In this document: positions 1-9,405 of the stretch, piece by piece
Position numbering within the stretch: the first letter of the stretch is position 1
Layout: each line of letters starts with the position of its first letter
Source of the DNA: Planctomycetota bacterium
GTDB lineage: Bacteria; Planctomycetota; PLA2; JAEUHO01
DNA: 64,000 nucleotides
Assembly: GCA_965222115.1 (NCBI GenBank)
Contig: CBDCTJ010000003.1
Coordinates: 224,001 to 288,000, forward strand
Direction: 5' to 3'
Notes under the pieces: generated by a model
The model's input: only the letters and a program-made list of their open reading frames with translations
Database searches by the model: none
What the model was told of the DNA's origin: nothing
Made by a program: the position numbers and the translations under genes

Positions 1-9
1 GATCGTCGC

Positions 10-42
10 AAGCCGGCTCGGGTTTCCCGGGCCGGCTTTTTT
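10..42 (+). terminator. Rho-independent terminator for a gene upstream of the window
   Basis: AAGCCGGCTCGG-GTTTC-CCGGGCCGGCTT hairpin (one G:U pair) running into a T6 tract. Confidence 0.8.
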
Positions 43-162
43 CGTTTAGTGATGAGTGATTCACTCGAATGAGATTGCGCACGTCGATGTCTGCGCACGG
101 ACACGTCGCACAACCCGGTGGCAACTGTGCCGGCTTCGATGTATCGGGGGCGCCTTGGGGCG

Positions 163-921
163 TTACTGCTGCCGATTCTTTGACTTGTAGGAACCCAGAA
201 ATCCCGGCACGCCATTGCCACCGATTTCGACAAACCGTACGGGAATCGATGATCGGCGGCCGCGTGCGTCACGGCGGTCGATTTGTATGTGAAGGTGTGG
301 CATGGCGCTTTGTCCGGTATGGCCCGAATCGGCAATGTGTTGGCCGCGGGCAACGCGCTGACCCACCGACACGCGAGCACCGTTTACTTTGAGGTGGAGA
401 TACAGTGCTTCCGTGCCATCCACGTGGCGAATGCGCACGTAGTTGCCGTGTTTTCCGTACTTGGGCGACGTACCGCGAATGGTTGAGTCCTCTTTGACGG
501 CGATGACGACACCCGCACGTGAAGCGAGGATGGGTGTGCCCACGGGCATGGAAAAGTCAACGGCGTACTTCTGCGTGCCCGAATGACTGAACGGTCCCGG
601 CCCGGCCTGCACCACGCGATAGGACTTGCCGGCACGATAGGGAAGGTAGTAGAGTCCGTCGTCTTTCGGTAACGCGCTATGTGGTGACACTTGGGACACC
701 GAAGGTCGTGTGCCCGGCCCCACACGCACTTGAGGCGGCATCGTGGGCGGCGTCTTTGGCGACACCGATGGTGGAACGTAAGGCGCAAGTCGATCGTCAG
801 CCGTGAACCCGGGCGACGCACGCAAGACGCTTCCTGCGCACCCATACAGCGTGCCCGTAACCAACACACACAACACCAAACACGTATAGGTACGCGTTCG
901 ACTCGTGGCCCATTGACTCAT
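163..921 (-). CDS. M23 family metallopeptidase, probable lipoprotein
   Basis: SH...YAVDF and PHLH zinc motifs, GNYVRIRH, YLHL; lipobox-like LYGC; start moved to ATG 921 to avoid overlapping the upstream gene. Confidence 0.85.
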   Translation of the reverse strand: MSQWATSRTRTYTCLVLCVLVTGTLYGCAGSVLRASPGFTADDRLAPYVPPSVSPKTPPTMPPQVRVGPGTRPSVSQVSPHSALPKDDGLYYLPYRAGKSYRVVQAGPGPFSHSGTQKYAVDFSMPVGTPILASRAGVVIAVKEDSTIRGTSPKYGKHGNYVRIRHVDGTEALYLHLKVNGARVSVGQRVARGQHIADSGHTGQSAMPHLHIQIDRRDARGRRSSIPVRFVEIGGNGVPGFLGSYKSKNRQQ

Positions 922-950
922 GCTGCGTCCTTGGCTGAGAAATGTGCTAC

Positions 951-2097
951 TCAGCGGCGTGGCCATGCCGCAGGCGTTACACGGGCGCCGTGACCCCACG
1001 GCACGCTGCGGGTTCGCCACCAACCGCTTCCAAAGAATAGGGCAAGCACCAGGGCAGACGTCGCGAGACAAACACCAAGTCCCATCCGGGGAGCGATCCA
1101 GGCGATTTCAAACACGGCGAAGACAGCAAGCCCGGCATAGGAAAGCGCAACCGATGCGTGGGCGTGACCAATCTTGGTCAAGTGTTGATAGAGATGATCG
1201 CTGTGGGCCTTTGCCAAGGGAATCGACCGGCGCCATTTTCCTATCAGCGCCATACCGACATCGATCACGATTGGTAATAGCGCGCCCGCGGGCACGACCC
1301 ATGGCGTCAGCGAAGCATCGCTCGATCCGTGGATTCGATTCGACATCAAGGGAACGGTTGCCACAAGGAACCCAACCACCTGACTTCCGGAGTCGCCAAG
1401 AAACATGCGGGCCGGATGAACATTCCAAGCCGTGAAACCAATCAGCGCTCCACCAAACGCGGCGTATACCAAACCCAATACGGTGCCCGGCGCTGATGCG
1501 GATCCCACGACCACCAACACGCCCCCCGTCATAGAACAGAGGTGATCAATGCCATCAACAAAGTTCATCAAAATCACGCACGCCACAATCCAAAGCACCG
1601 TCATGGGTTGTGTCGCAGCCCCCAACGACAAATCGGGCCAAGGCGCCAGTGCAACGCCATGCCATCGCCAGCCAAGTCCGTAAACAGCCCCGGCTGCAAT
1701 ACCGATGAGGATGATCCCCTTTGTACGCGCGCGCAGTCGAGTGATGTCATCCACCAAGCCACACGCGAAAAGGAGCAACGCGGGCAACCCCACCGCCAGA
1801 GCACAGGATTGCCACGATCCGCGGGCGGGGAGAACGTAAGCGCTCACGACCAACGCAAAAATGGACGCGAGGATCACCAGCGTGCCACCAATGCGGGGCG
1901 TCGGTTTGACGTGGACCGAACGCGCTTCGGGGATGTCAAGTACACGACCCAATGCGGCGCGCTTGAGGAGCACCACGCCAACCACAATCGAAAGCCCCGC
2001 ATGCGATGAGGGCGGTCAACAGTTGAGCAACGATTGGCTGAATCGGATCGCTCCTTGGTTCGGCCAACGAACACGCACGATGGACCGGGTTGGCCAC
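951..2097 (-). CDS. WecA/TagO/MraY-like polyprenyl-phosphate sugar-1-phosphate transferase (GT4 family); N-terminus apparently frameshifted at 1995-1998
   Basis: DIPEARSVHVKPTPRIGG, GLVDD, NFVDGID, FLGDSGS, HLYQHL. Track ORF is 951..1985; the first TM helix continues in another frame back to GTG 2097. Confidence 0.8.
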
Positions 2098-2267
2098 TCT
2101 GCCTCACTCAGTGGACGACCCCGCGCCAATGATGGCTTCGATCCGCAGCGAATGGGCCGTGGACGCGAGGTCGGACACGCGAAACCCGCGCCTTGTTCCG
2201 AGGGTATAACGTAGGGTGGTTGCCTCGCGTATCTTCCCGGCAACTCCATTTCGAAGGGACAACCGTC

Positions 2268-3638
2268 ATGGGAGACGCCAACCCACCCGCCGTGAAGGCA
2301 AAGGATAAGCAGGCGGACGGGGCCGCAAACGGCAAGGATTCGTCAAAGGGTAAGTTGCAGGAGACTGGGAAAGAGGCGGCCAAGGGATCGCCACGAAGTG
2401 CCGAGGATTTGAAGCCTCAAAACCCCGCCCAAGCCTTGACAGAGGAAACGCTCCTGGAAAGTCCGGCGGCAATCGCACATCTACTTCGCCGTGCGGGCTT
2501 TGGCGCCGACCCTGAACAATGGGAAGCGCTCTCTCAGGGTAGCTACGACGACGCCGTAACGGCCGTCATGAATGAACTCAAGCGGCCGCCGTCCGCAGAA
2601 CCGTCCACGTTTGACCCCTATCAACCGGGAAGCATTCAGCAACTGTGGCTGGAACGCATGGTGCGCACGCGCGGCGGCGTCGCCGAGAAACTCACGCTCT
2701 TTTGGCACGGTCACTTCGCCACCTCGGAAGCCAAGATCAAAGATCCCGAGCTCATGTGGAAGCAATACACATTGCTGCGGAGTCAAGGGAGTGGACCGTT
2801 CCGTGACCTGCTCATGGGCATCAGCAAAGACCCCGCCATGATTCGCTGGCTCGACGGCAACGCCAATCGCAAGGGTACCGCCAACGAAAACTACGCGCGC
2901 GAACTCCAAGAGCTATTCACCCTCGGCATTGGCAACTACACCGAGACCGATGTTCGCGAAATCGCTCGCGCCTTTACGGGCTGGGGCAGCCGCCACCACG
3001 ATTTCGTGTTTCGCAAGCACTTTCACGACACGGGCGAAAAGACCGTGCATGGTAAGAAGGGCAACTGGACTGGCGAAGACGTCATTCGCATCGTTACCAA
3101 CCTGCCTGCATGCGCGCGCTACATCGCCAGGGAACTTCTCAAGTTCTATTCCCATCCTTCGCCGAACGAGGCCGAAGTTGCCGCCCTGGCGGGCGTGCTC
3201 ACCAAGAACGACATGCGCATCGACGCGGCGCTCGAGCATCTCTTTCGCGATCCGGCATTTCGTTCCACGCGTCGCGTTCGTTGCCTCGTGCGCGGTCCCG
3301 TCGATTTCATGGTGTCGGCGCTTCGGTGCAGTGATTTGCGCAGCGTCCCGCCCTGGGTCCACGGTGCTCTCGATCGCATGGGCCAAATTTTATTCCGTCC
3401 GCCCTCGGTCAAGGGGTGGACTTCGGGAACTGGCTGGCTGAGCGCCGGCGCCGTGGTGGAGCGTCTTCGTAGTGCCGAGCGCATTGCACAGGCCGCTCCC
3501 CTAACCGCCGTGGACGCGATTCCCGTAATTGCGTTCGACGGCAAGCTACCCGAGGCCCTTGCGGCCGCCACCCAACGTGCCGATGGCAAGGCGCGTGTTG
3601 CCACCATGCTTGGCAGTCCCGACTATCAATTGAAGTAG
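2268..3638 (+). CDS. DUF1800 domain protein
   Basis: HLLRRAGFG, EKLTLFWHGHFAT, NENYARELQELFTLG, PPSVKGW; ATG 2268 chosen as start. Confidence 0.9.
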   Translation: MGDANPPAVKAKDKQADGAANGKDSSKGKLQETGKEAAKGSPRSAEDLKPQNPAQALTEETLLESPAAIAHLLRRAGFGADPEQWEALSQGSYDDAVTAVMNELKRPPSAEPSTFDPYQPGSIQQLWLERMVRTRGGVAEKLTLFWHGHFATSEAKIKDPELMWKQYTLLRSQGSGPFRDLLMGISKDPAMIRWLDGNANRKGTANENYARELQELFTLGIGNYTETDVREIARAFTGWGSRHHDFVFRKHFHDTGEKTVHGKKGNWTGEDVIRIVTNLPACARYIARELLKFYSHPSPNEAEVAALAGVLTKNDMRIDAALEHLFRDPAFRSTRRVRCLVRGPVDFMVSALRCSDLRSVPPWVHGALDRMGQILFRPPSVKGWTSGTGWLSAGAVVERLRSAERIAQAAPLTAVDAIPVIAFDGKLPEALAAATQRADGKARVATMLGSPDYQLK

Positions 3639-3695
3639 GCTAGTCACGCATTCGTGTTCATCAGATACGTTCGTCGTTCCCAGGAGTCCATCCCC

Positions 3696-4910
3696 ATGAG
3701 TTCTCAGGAGCAGAAGTCGCCCGTGCACATGAATCGACGACGATTCCTTGAGCTTGGGCTGAGTACGGGCGTGGCGCTGGGATCGGTTGTTGCAGTACCA
3801 CGACTTGCGTTCGGTGATGCGGAAAAAGCCGCCAAGCGCGACACGCCGCGGCGAACGCTCGTGTTCCTTCATCTCAACGGTGGCAATGACGGACTCAACA
3901 CCGTCATTCCGTGGAAGGACGACAACTACCGTCGCATGCGTCCCAGCCTTGCCATCGATGCCAACCGCGTCCTGAAAATCGGTGACGGACTGGGATTCCA
4001 CCCGGCGCTTGGCGGACTGCAAACGCTCTGGAAAAAGAAGCGGCTAGCCGTGGTCAATGGTGTGGGTTACCCAAACCCCAACTACAGCCACTTCCGCAGT
4101 ACCGAGATTTGGTTTAGCGCCGAACCGGACAAGACCCCCACCTACGGCTGGCTCGGACGCGCGCTTGATCAGAATCCAAGCAAGAAGCCACTGCGCGCCG
4201 TTGCGCTACAGAAAGAACAACCGCTTAGTCTTGCGGCGTCCAAACCGGGCATTGTCACCATGACCGACTTTGGCCGATTCCGCGTGCCGCAGGCCATGGC
4301 CACAGCAGCCTCGCTTTACAAGACGTACGCAAATAGAAGCGATGGCGCGCGCGCCGAGGTTGGCGCCGCCGGAGAACAGGCGATCAGCGTAGCCAAGCGC
4401 ATTTCCAAACTGCAACCCTCGGGCAGTGGCATGTACGGCCCTCTCGGCGAAAGTCTTAAGAAAGTCGTCGCCTTGTTGTCGGCAGGCCTCGGTCTTGAGT
4501 GCATTCAGATCAGTTACGGCGGATTCGATACGCACAGCAATCAACTGCCCTCGCATCAACGCTTGCTTACGCAGGTGGGCAACAACTTGCGTGGCTTCCA
4601 AGATCACATTGAGAAGCTCGGCCTTGGTGAGTCCGTGGTGACGGTTGTTATGAGCGAGTTCGGACGCCGCGTCCCCGAAAACTTGTCGGGTGGTACCGAC
4701 CACGGCTCGGCTGGACCGGTCTTTGTCATTGGCAAGGGCATTCAGCACGGAACGTTTGGAGCCCAGCCGTCCCTGGAAGACCTCGACCGCGACAATTTGA
4801 AGTACACCACCGACTTCCGTCGCGTCTATGCGGCGGTCCTCAAGCACGCACTGGGCATGAACCCCGAACCGGTACTTGGCGCCTACAAGCCTTTGGAGCT
4901 ATTCGCATGA
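3696..4910 (+). CDS. DUF1501 domain protein with Tat signal
   Basis: MNRRRFL Tat motif, LNGGNDGLN, SHFRS, GFDTH, SEFGRR, GTDHG; AGGAG RBS before ATG 3696; follows DUF1800. Confidence 0.9.
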   Translation: MSSQEQKSPVHMNRRRFLELGLSTGVALGSVVAVPRLAFGDAEKAAKRDTPRRTLVFLHLNGGNDGLNTVIPWKDDNYRRMRPSLAIDANRVLKIGDGLGFHPALGGLQTLWKKKRLAVVNGVGYPNPNYSHFRSTEIWFSAEPDKTPTYGWLGRALDQNPSKKPLRAVALQKEQPLSLAASKPGIVTMTDFGRFRVPQAMATAASLYKTYANRSDGARAEVGAAGEQAISVAKRISKLQPSGSGMYGPLGESLKKVVALLSAGLGLECIQISYGGFDTHSNQLPSHQRLLTQVGNNLRGFQDHIEKLGLGESVVTVVMSEFGRRVPENLSGGTDHGSAGPVFVIGKGIQHGTFGAQPSLEDLDRDNLKYTTDFRRVYAAVLKHALGMNPEPVLGAYKPLELFA

Positions 4911-6334
4911 CCCGTTCACAGAGTTTCTTTTCACAATGTTTCTTTTCACAGTGTTCCTTTTCACAATGTTCCTTCGCGTTGATCGCCTTCACAGTTTCGT
5001 TCGCCCTGCTCGGTGCGCCGCGCGCCGTAGCCAACGATGCATCGAAGGCCGCCAGTTCCAAGAAGGCGGATCCCAAAACGAAAGCGGCCTCCGTTGACAT
5101 TGATCCGGTCAACTTTGATTTGCTCCCGATGCATCCCGTGGAGCGCGGCGCGATCTTTCTGGACAACGAAGACGTCCTCAATCGCGCGTCGATTCTTCAC
5201 CGCCGCGCAAAGAAAACGCGCGAGAATCTCGCCAAGCGCAAGAATCAGAACGACGATGGATCCAAGAAGCTCCGCGCGCAGTTGAAGAAACTCCGTAAGG
5301 AAGCAGCCCCCGTACTCGGGAAGGTCGTAGACATTTGCAGCGCCTTCGAGTTCGACAAGACGTGCCTGAAGCTCCTGCAAGACGTGCCTCGAGGTCCCCA
5401 TCGCGTCATGCGCTACGCACACCGCACGGTGTTGAGCGTCGAGAGCCTTTCCCCCAAGCAGCGTGAACTGCTTGCACAGGTCATTGAGCAAATCGACGGC
5501 GCCACACTGGCCCTCCACGAACAAAAGAAACGCCAACGATTGAAGCTCAAGCAGTTGAAGACCGACCGCAGTGTCACCAACGAAATACTGCGCACGTTTG
5601 ATCGCCAGGTCTACGACATGGACAAGCGCTTCTGGCGCTTGGTGGACTACGTACTCACCGATGAACAGCGTTCCGTGGTATACGGTCGTCTCCCCGGCGC
5701 CTACCGCCAGCGATCACAGCTAATCGAACATCTCTATCGCACGCCCAACTTGACGCCGAAGCAGAGCGCGCGCCTCACAGCATTGCTCACAGAGATGGAA
5801 GCCGAGGCCTCACCGGACCGCGCGGCGCAAAAGCGCCTCGGTGCCGAACTAAAGAACAAGAAGCTCTCCAAGGCCGATCGCCAAGCAATTCAACGCGAGC
5901 TGCGAGATACCAATCGACGCCTCACGGAACTTGTTCGATTCGGCTACCTGGAAACGAAGAAAGTGTTTACCGACGAGCAGTGGATGTACTACCGCTCGAT
6001 TCCCCCCAAGATCAATGTGGGCGAACGTGCCCAGCGCATGGATCGCGTGCTCACGGGCTACAACCCGTCTGCCAAGGTGCGCAAACAGTTGCGCGCGCTA
6101 AAGAAGAGCGTTCAGGCGCGTCGCAAAGCGGCCTACAACCGCGTCAATGAAATTCGCAAGATGGGTGCCGACTATGGTCCCGACAGCCCCCAGATGATGT
6201 CGATGATGACCATGATGGCTGGTGCCACGGGCGATGCCGATGCCGCTTCGCGCGAAGCGATTGGCCGTGCGTTCCTCGAGGTGATACCCGAGGAAGATAC
6301 GACCCGCTGGGTTCTGAGCGTCTTTGGACGGTAG
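4907..6334 (+). CDS. Hypothetical exported alpha-helical basic protein
   Basis: ATGA overlap with the upstream gene; hydrophobic signal ending AVA; 475-aa ORF; no recognised family. Confidence 0.75.
   Translation: MTRSQSFFSQCFFSQCSFSQCSFALIAFTVSFALLGAPRAVANDASKAASSKKADPKTKAASVDIDPVNFDLLPMHPVERGAIFLDNEDVLNRASILHRRAKKTRENLAKRKNQNDDGSKKLRAQLKKLRKEAAPVLGKVVDICSAFEFDKTCLKLLQDVPRGPHRVMRYAHRTVLSVESLSPKQRELLAQVIEQIDGATLALHEQKKRQRLKLKQLKTDRSVTNEILRTFDRQVYDMDKRFWRLVDYVLTDEQRSVVYGRLPGAYRQRSQLIEHLYRTPNLTPKQSARLTALLTEMEAEASPDRAAQKRLGAELKNKKLSKADRQAIQRELRDTNRRLTELVRFGYLETKKVFTDEQWMYYRSIPPKINVGERAQRMDRVLTGYNPSAKVRKQLRALKKSVQARRKAAYNRVNEIRKMGADYGPDSPQMMSMMTMMAGATGDADAASREAIGRAFLEVIPEEDTTRWVLSVFGR
4916..4975. 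repeat. 4 x 15-bp tandem repeat (TCACARWGTTYCTTY) in a signal-peptide coding region
   Basis: tcacagagtttcttt/tcacaatgtttcttt/tcacagtgttccttt/tcacaatgttccttc, encoding SQSFF SQCFF SQCSF SQCSF. Confidence 0.9.
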
Positions 6335-7298
6335 TCTCGCCCATCGGCACGCGGCTGTACTCATTGTCGGTTCCGGTTTCGCCGGTGCATCGACGGCGTT
6401 TCATCTGAAGCGTGTAGGTGTATCGGATGTCGTCGTTGTCGAACGTGAATCGGATGGCGTTGCGCACTCGAGCGGTCGCAATGCAGCCATGATTCGCCGC
6501 CACACGGGGGATGCCGAAGTCGATCGATTCACTACGCGCGGTGCCGATGCGTTGCGTACTTTGCAACTCGTTCCCTTTCGTACATGCGGTGGATTCTTGT
6601 TGGGTCCCGATCAAGGCGACGATGATCTCAGCGAGCTCGTTCCGACGCTCCGAGGGTGGGGCACGTATGAACCGCGCGACGGCACCGTCGATCCGGGGGC
6701 ATTGCTCGCGGCGTACCTGAGGGGTGCAAACGTCGAATATGGCTGCGATGTGCTGGAGATCGAGCCGCAACCGGACGGCGCTCTTGTTCACACCTCGCGT
6801 GGTACGTGGCAGGCCGACATCGTGGTCAATGCCGCGGGGGCATGGGCAGGTCGCGTTGGCGGCCTCGAGGTATCGCCAACCAATCGCCATGTCTATCGCA
6901 CACGGTTGCCCGCAGGAATTCCCACGAACGCGCCCTATGTGTGGGACGAGCAACGCGGCTACTACTTGCGCCCCGAAAACACAACGTTGCTCACAAGTCC
7001 TTGCGACGAAACACCCGCGCGGCCGGGCGCCTACATTGAAAATCCGAATGCTCTGCGGGAACTAAGCGAGACGCTCGCGAAGGCACAGCCTGATTTGGGT
7101 GCGCTCGAAATCAGGTCCACATGGGTTGGACAACGAACCTTTGCGCGGGATCGCCGGCCCATCCTTGGCTTTGACGCCGAGCGCCCGCGCCTGTATCACG
7201 TGGCGGCCCTCGGTGGACACGGCGTAACACTCTCCTACGCGGTGGGTGAACACGCCGCGGGTGAAATTGCGGCCGCGCTCGCGCCCACTACTTCTTGA
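6324..7298 (+). CDS. FAD-dependent oxidoreductase (DAO/glycine oxidase family)
   Basis: IVGSGFAG Rossmann motif, SSGRNAAM, VVNAAGAW, D..PILG, LGGHGVT. Confidence 0.85.
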   Translation: MDGSLAHRHAAVLIVGSGFAGASTAFHLKRVGVSDVVVVERESDGVAHSSGRNAAMIRRHTGDAEVDRFTTRGADALRTLQLVPFRTCGGFLLGPDQGDDDLSELVPTLRGWGTYEPRDGTVDPGALLAAYLRGANVEYGCDVLEIEPQPDGALVHTSRGTWQADIVVNAAGAWAGRVGGLEVSPTNRHVYRTRLPAGIPTNAPYVWDEQRGYYLRPENTTLLTSPCDETPARPGAYIENPNALRELSETLAKAQPDLGALEIRSTWVGQRTFARDRRPILGFDAERPRLYHVAALGGHGVTLSYAVGEHAAGEIAAALAPTTS

Positions 7299-9300
7299 GT
7301 TCTTCCCGCAATTGTTTGATGCGTTTGCGGACATTCGTTGCGAATCGATCCAAAAGCGCCACGCGTTCATAGGCTTCAAGCGCGCCCTGCTTGTTGCCCG
7401 CGAGATCTTCGGCCCCCGCAAGGAGCCACCAACGAATCCAGTCCTCCATCACTTCATTGGCGTCGGCTCGCAGAATCGAAATGGCCGCGGCGCGGAGTTC
7501 CTTGTTCTTTTGGATTCGCTTCCAACCCTTGACCGACGCACGCGCAGCGGCGATACGCACGCTCAGCGACGTATCCTTCATTGCCGTTAGCAACAGCCCG
7601 TCCACAACGGGGCCGTCGAGTTCGGCCAGCGCCGATACGGCCCGACGACGCACCAACGAATCGGGATCACGTGTGCGCGCGATGATCGCCAAGGGAAGTT
7701 CTTTGGCATGACGACCCAGGAGTTCCATGGCCGATCCACGCACCACGCGGGGAAGCTCCTTGTCACGTAGCACATTCACAAGCTTTGTTGTGGCCCCCTC
7801 TTCTTCGAGCCGGGCCGAAGCTAGCGCCTCCATCCACGACGCGGGCTTACCACCACCCGGCCACCACTTATCATACGCAACCTTGAGTTGGTCGTGAGTC
7901 TGCTTGGGCGCATCGTCGGGCGCGTACAGTCCGGCCGTGTGGCACCACGTGCAAGCGTCCTGCGCCACGCGATCTCCCTTGAGGTCAAGGCGGGGGATAC
8001 TAATCGCGTGATCCGCCACCACACCGTGTCCGCGTTCAATGCGCAGGAACGGCATATGACACGACACGCAACTCGAACCCGACCCCTTTGGATCGTGGTG
8101 GGTGTGCGCTTCAAGGTTGTTGGCAATTTCCTGATGGCAGGATGCACAGAGATCGGCATTGGAAGCAGACTTGCGCAACTGGGAGCGGGATGAGCTGCCG
8201 TGGGGATCGTGACACGTGGCGCAGGTGAGGCCCCCTTCCTGGACGCAGCGACTGGAATGAAAGGGCACACCGTCGTAGACAAGCTCCAGTTGACGCCCGT
8301 AGGGATCCAAGCGTTCTGGATCCACGATAAGCGTGGGATCCAAGTGTTCGAAGATGTCGTTGCCGATCTCATACTTGGTATCGACGAGATCGCCTTCCAT
8401 ATGACACTGCATACAGATCGACGTGTGACGACGCGGCGCGAGGCCCGCCAACGCGAGAATTGGATCTTCGCCCTTGACAGGCTTCCCCGACTCTCGCCGA
8501 TTGTGGAACTCAACATGCGATGCCGATGGGCCGTGGCAACTTTCACAGTCAATGCCGATGCGACGCGCCGTGTGATGGGGCTTGACTTCGCCGGGCTTGG
8601 CCGGTGGCACGGCTTCAAAGCCGCTTGTGTGACAGCGTGCGCAGCGGTTGTCCCATGAACGTACGGAGCCACTCCAGAATGAGAGATCGCCCGGCTTCAC
8701 AACCGGCGCCTTGTCCCAATCCGTACCGCCTGCGCCAAATATCAACTTGGTGTAGTCAAACCACTTCTCGGTTTGGGCTTCCATCATGCCCGGCAAGACC
8801 TGCATGCGTCCATCGGGCATGGTGGTCATGTACATACGCACCCGCATACGTCCCACAACGTGGGTGAGTGGATACTCGTGTACCTCGCCGTCTTCGCCGA
8901 CGGTGCTCACAAAGAACTTGTCGCCCGCCTGACGAAATGTGCTTTTGCCCGGTGGGTGCGTGGCGGTCTCTTCCGCAAGCACGGCACCCGGTACATTGTC
9001 TTCGCGTATTGACTCGACCGTGTGGTAGTGACTCGACGTCTTCCACAGGTCGTACTCGCGTTGATGGCAGCGCTGGCACGCCTCGGCACCCGCGTAACCG
9101 TCGTCGCGTTTGGTCGTGGATGCCTCACCTTCGCCCGCTTCGGCGCGCTGCCCCACGTCGCCTGGCCCCGGATGCACGGCCGTTCCAACGAGTGCAAACA
9201 GCAGCCCACACACGCCCGCCATGGCGAGCAGTGGCATGCGGTGACGTGGCGCTGAACGTGTGTGTCTCAACTGCACGAAGTTTCCTAGAGTGCGGGGCAT
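7288..9300 (-). CDS. Exported multiheme cytochrome c (8 CxxCH) with C-terminal HEAT/TPR repeats
   Basis: CQRCH, CARCH, CESCH, CMQCH, CATCH, CASCH, CVSCH, CTWCH; signal peptide; DPDSLVRRRAVSAL and DTSLSVRIAAARA HEAT repeats; exact start uncertain. Confidence 0.9.
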   Translation of the reverse strand: MPRTLGNFVQLRHTRSAPRHRMPLLAMAGVCGLLFALVGTAVHPGPGDVGQRAEAGEGEASTTKRDDGYAGAEACQRCHQREYDLWKTSSHYHTVESIREDNVPGAVLAEETATHPPGKSTFRQAGDKFFVSTVGEDGEVHEYPLTHVVGRMRVRMYMTTMPDGRMQVLPGMMEAQTEKWFDYTKLIFGAGGTDWDKAPVVKPGDLSFWSGSVRSWDNRCARCHTSGFEAVPPAKPGEVKPHHTARRIGIDCESCHGPSASHVEFHNRRESGKPVKGEDPILALAGLAPRRHTSICMQCHMEGDLVDTKYEIGNDIFEHLDPTLIVDPERLDPYGRQLELVYDGVPFHSSRCVQEGGLTCATCHDPHGSSSRSQLRKSASNADLCASCHQEIANNLEAHTHHDPKGSGSSCVSCHMPFLRIERGHGVVADHAISIPRLDLKGDRVAQDACTWCHTAGLYAPDDAPKQTHDQLKVAYDKWWPGGGKPASWMEALASARLEEEGATTKLVNVLRDKELPRVVRGSAMELLGRHAKELPLAIIARTRDPDSLVRRRAVSALAELDGPVVDGLLLTAMKDTSLSVRIAAARASVKGWKRIQKNKELRAAAISILRADANEVMEDWIRWWLLAGAEDLAGNKQGALEAYERVALLDRFATNVRKRIKQLREELKK

Positions 9301-9380
9301 TCGGGAAGCTGCGCATCAGTATACGCCCGGTCTGCACGTGGCGCGCACACCGCGACCAACGTATCGAATTCGCGACTTAA

Positions 9381-9405
9381 CCCGGACTACTCATGAATAG
9401 TCCGG
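9381..9405. repeat. Family A palindrome, 25-bp minimal copy
   Basis: CCCGGACTACTCATGAATAGTCCGG, flanked by TTAA and CTAA; abuts the TAG stop of 9406..10806. Confidence 0.8.
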
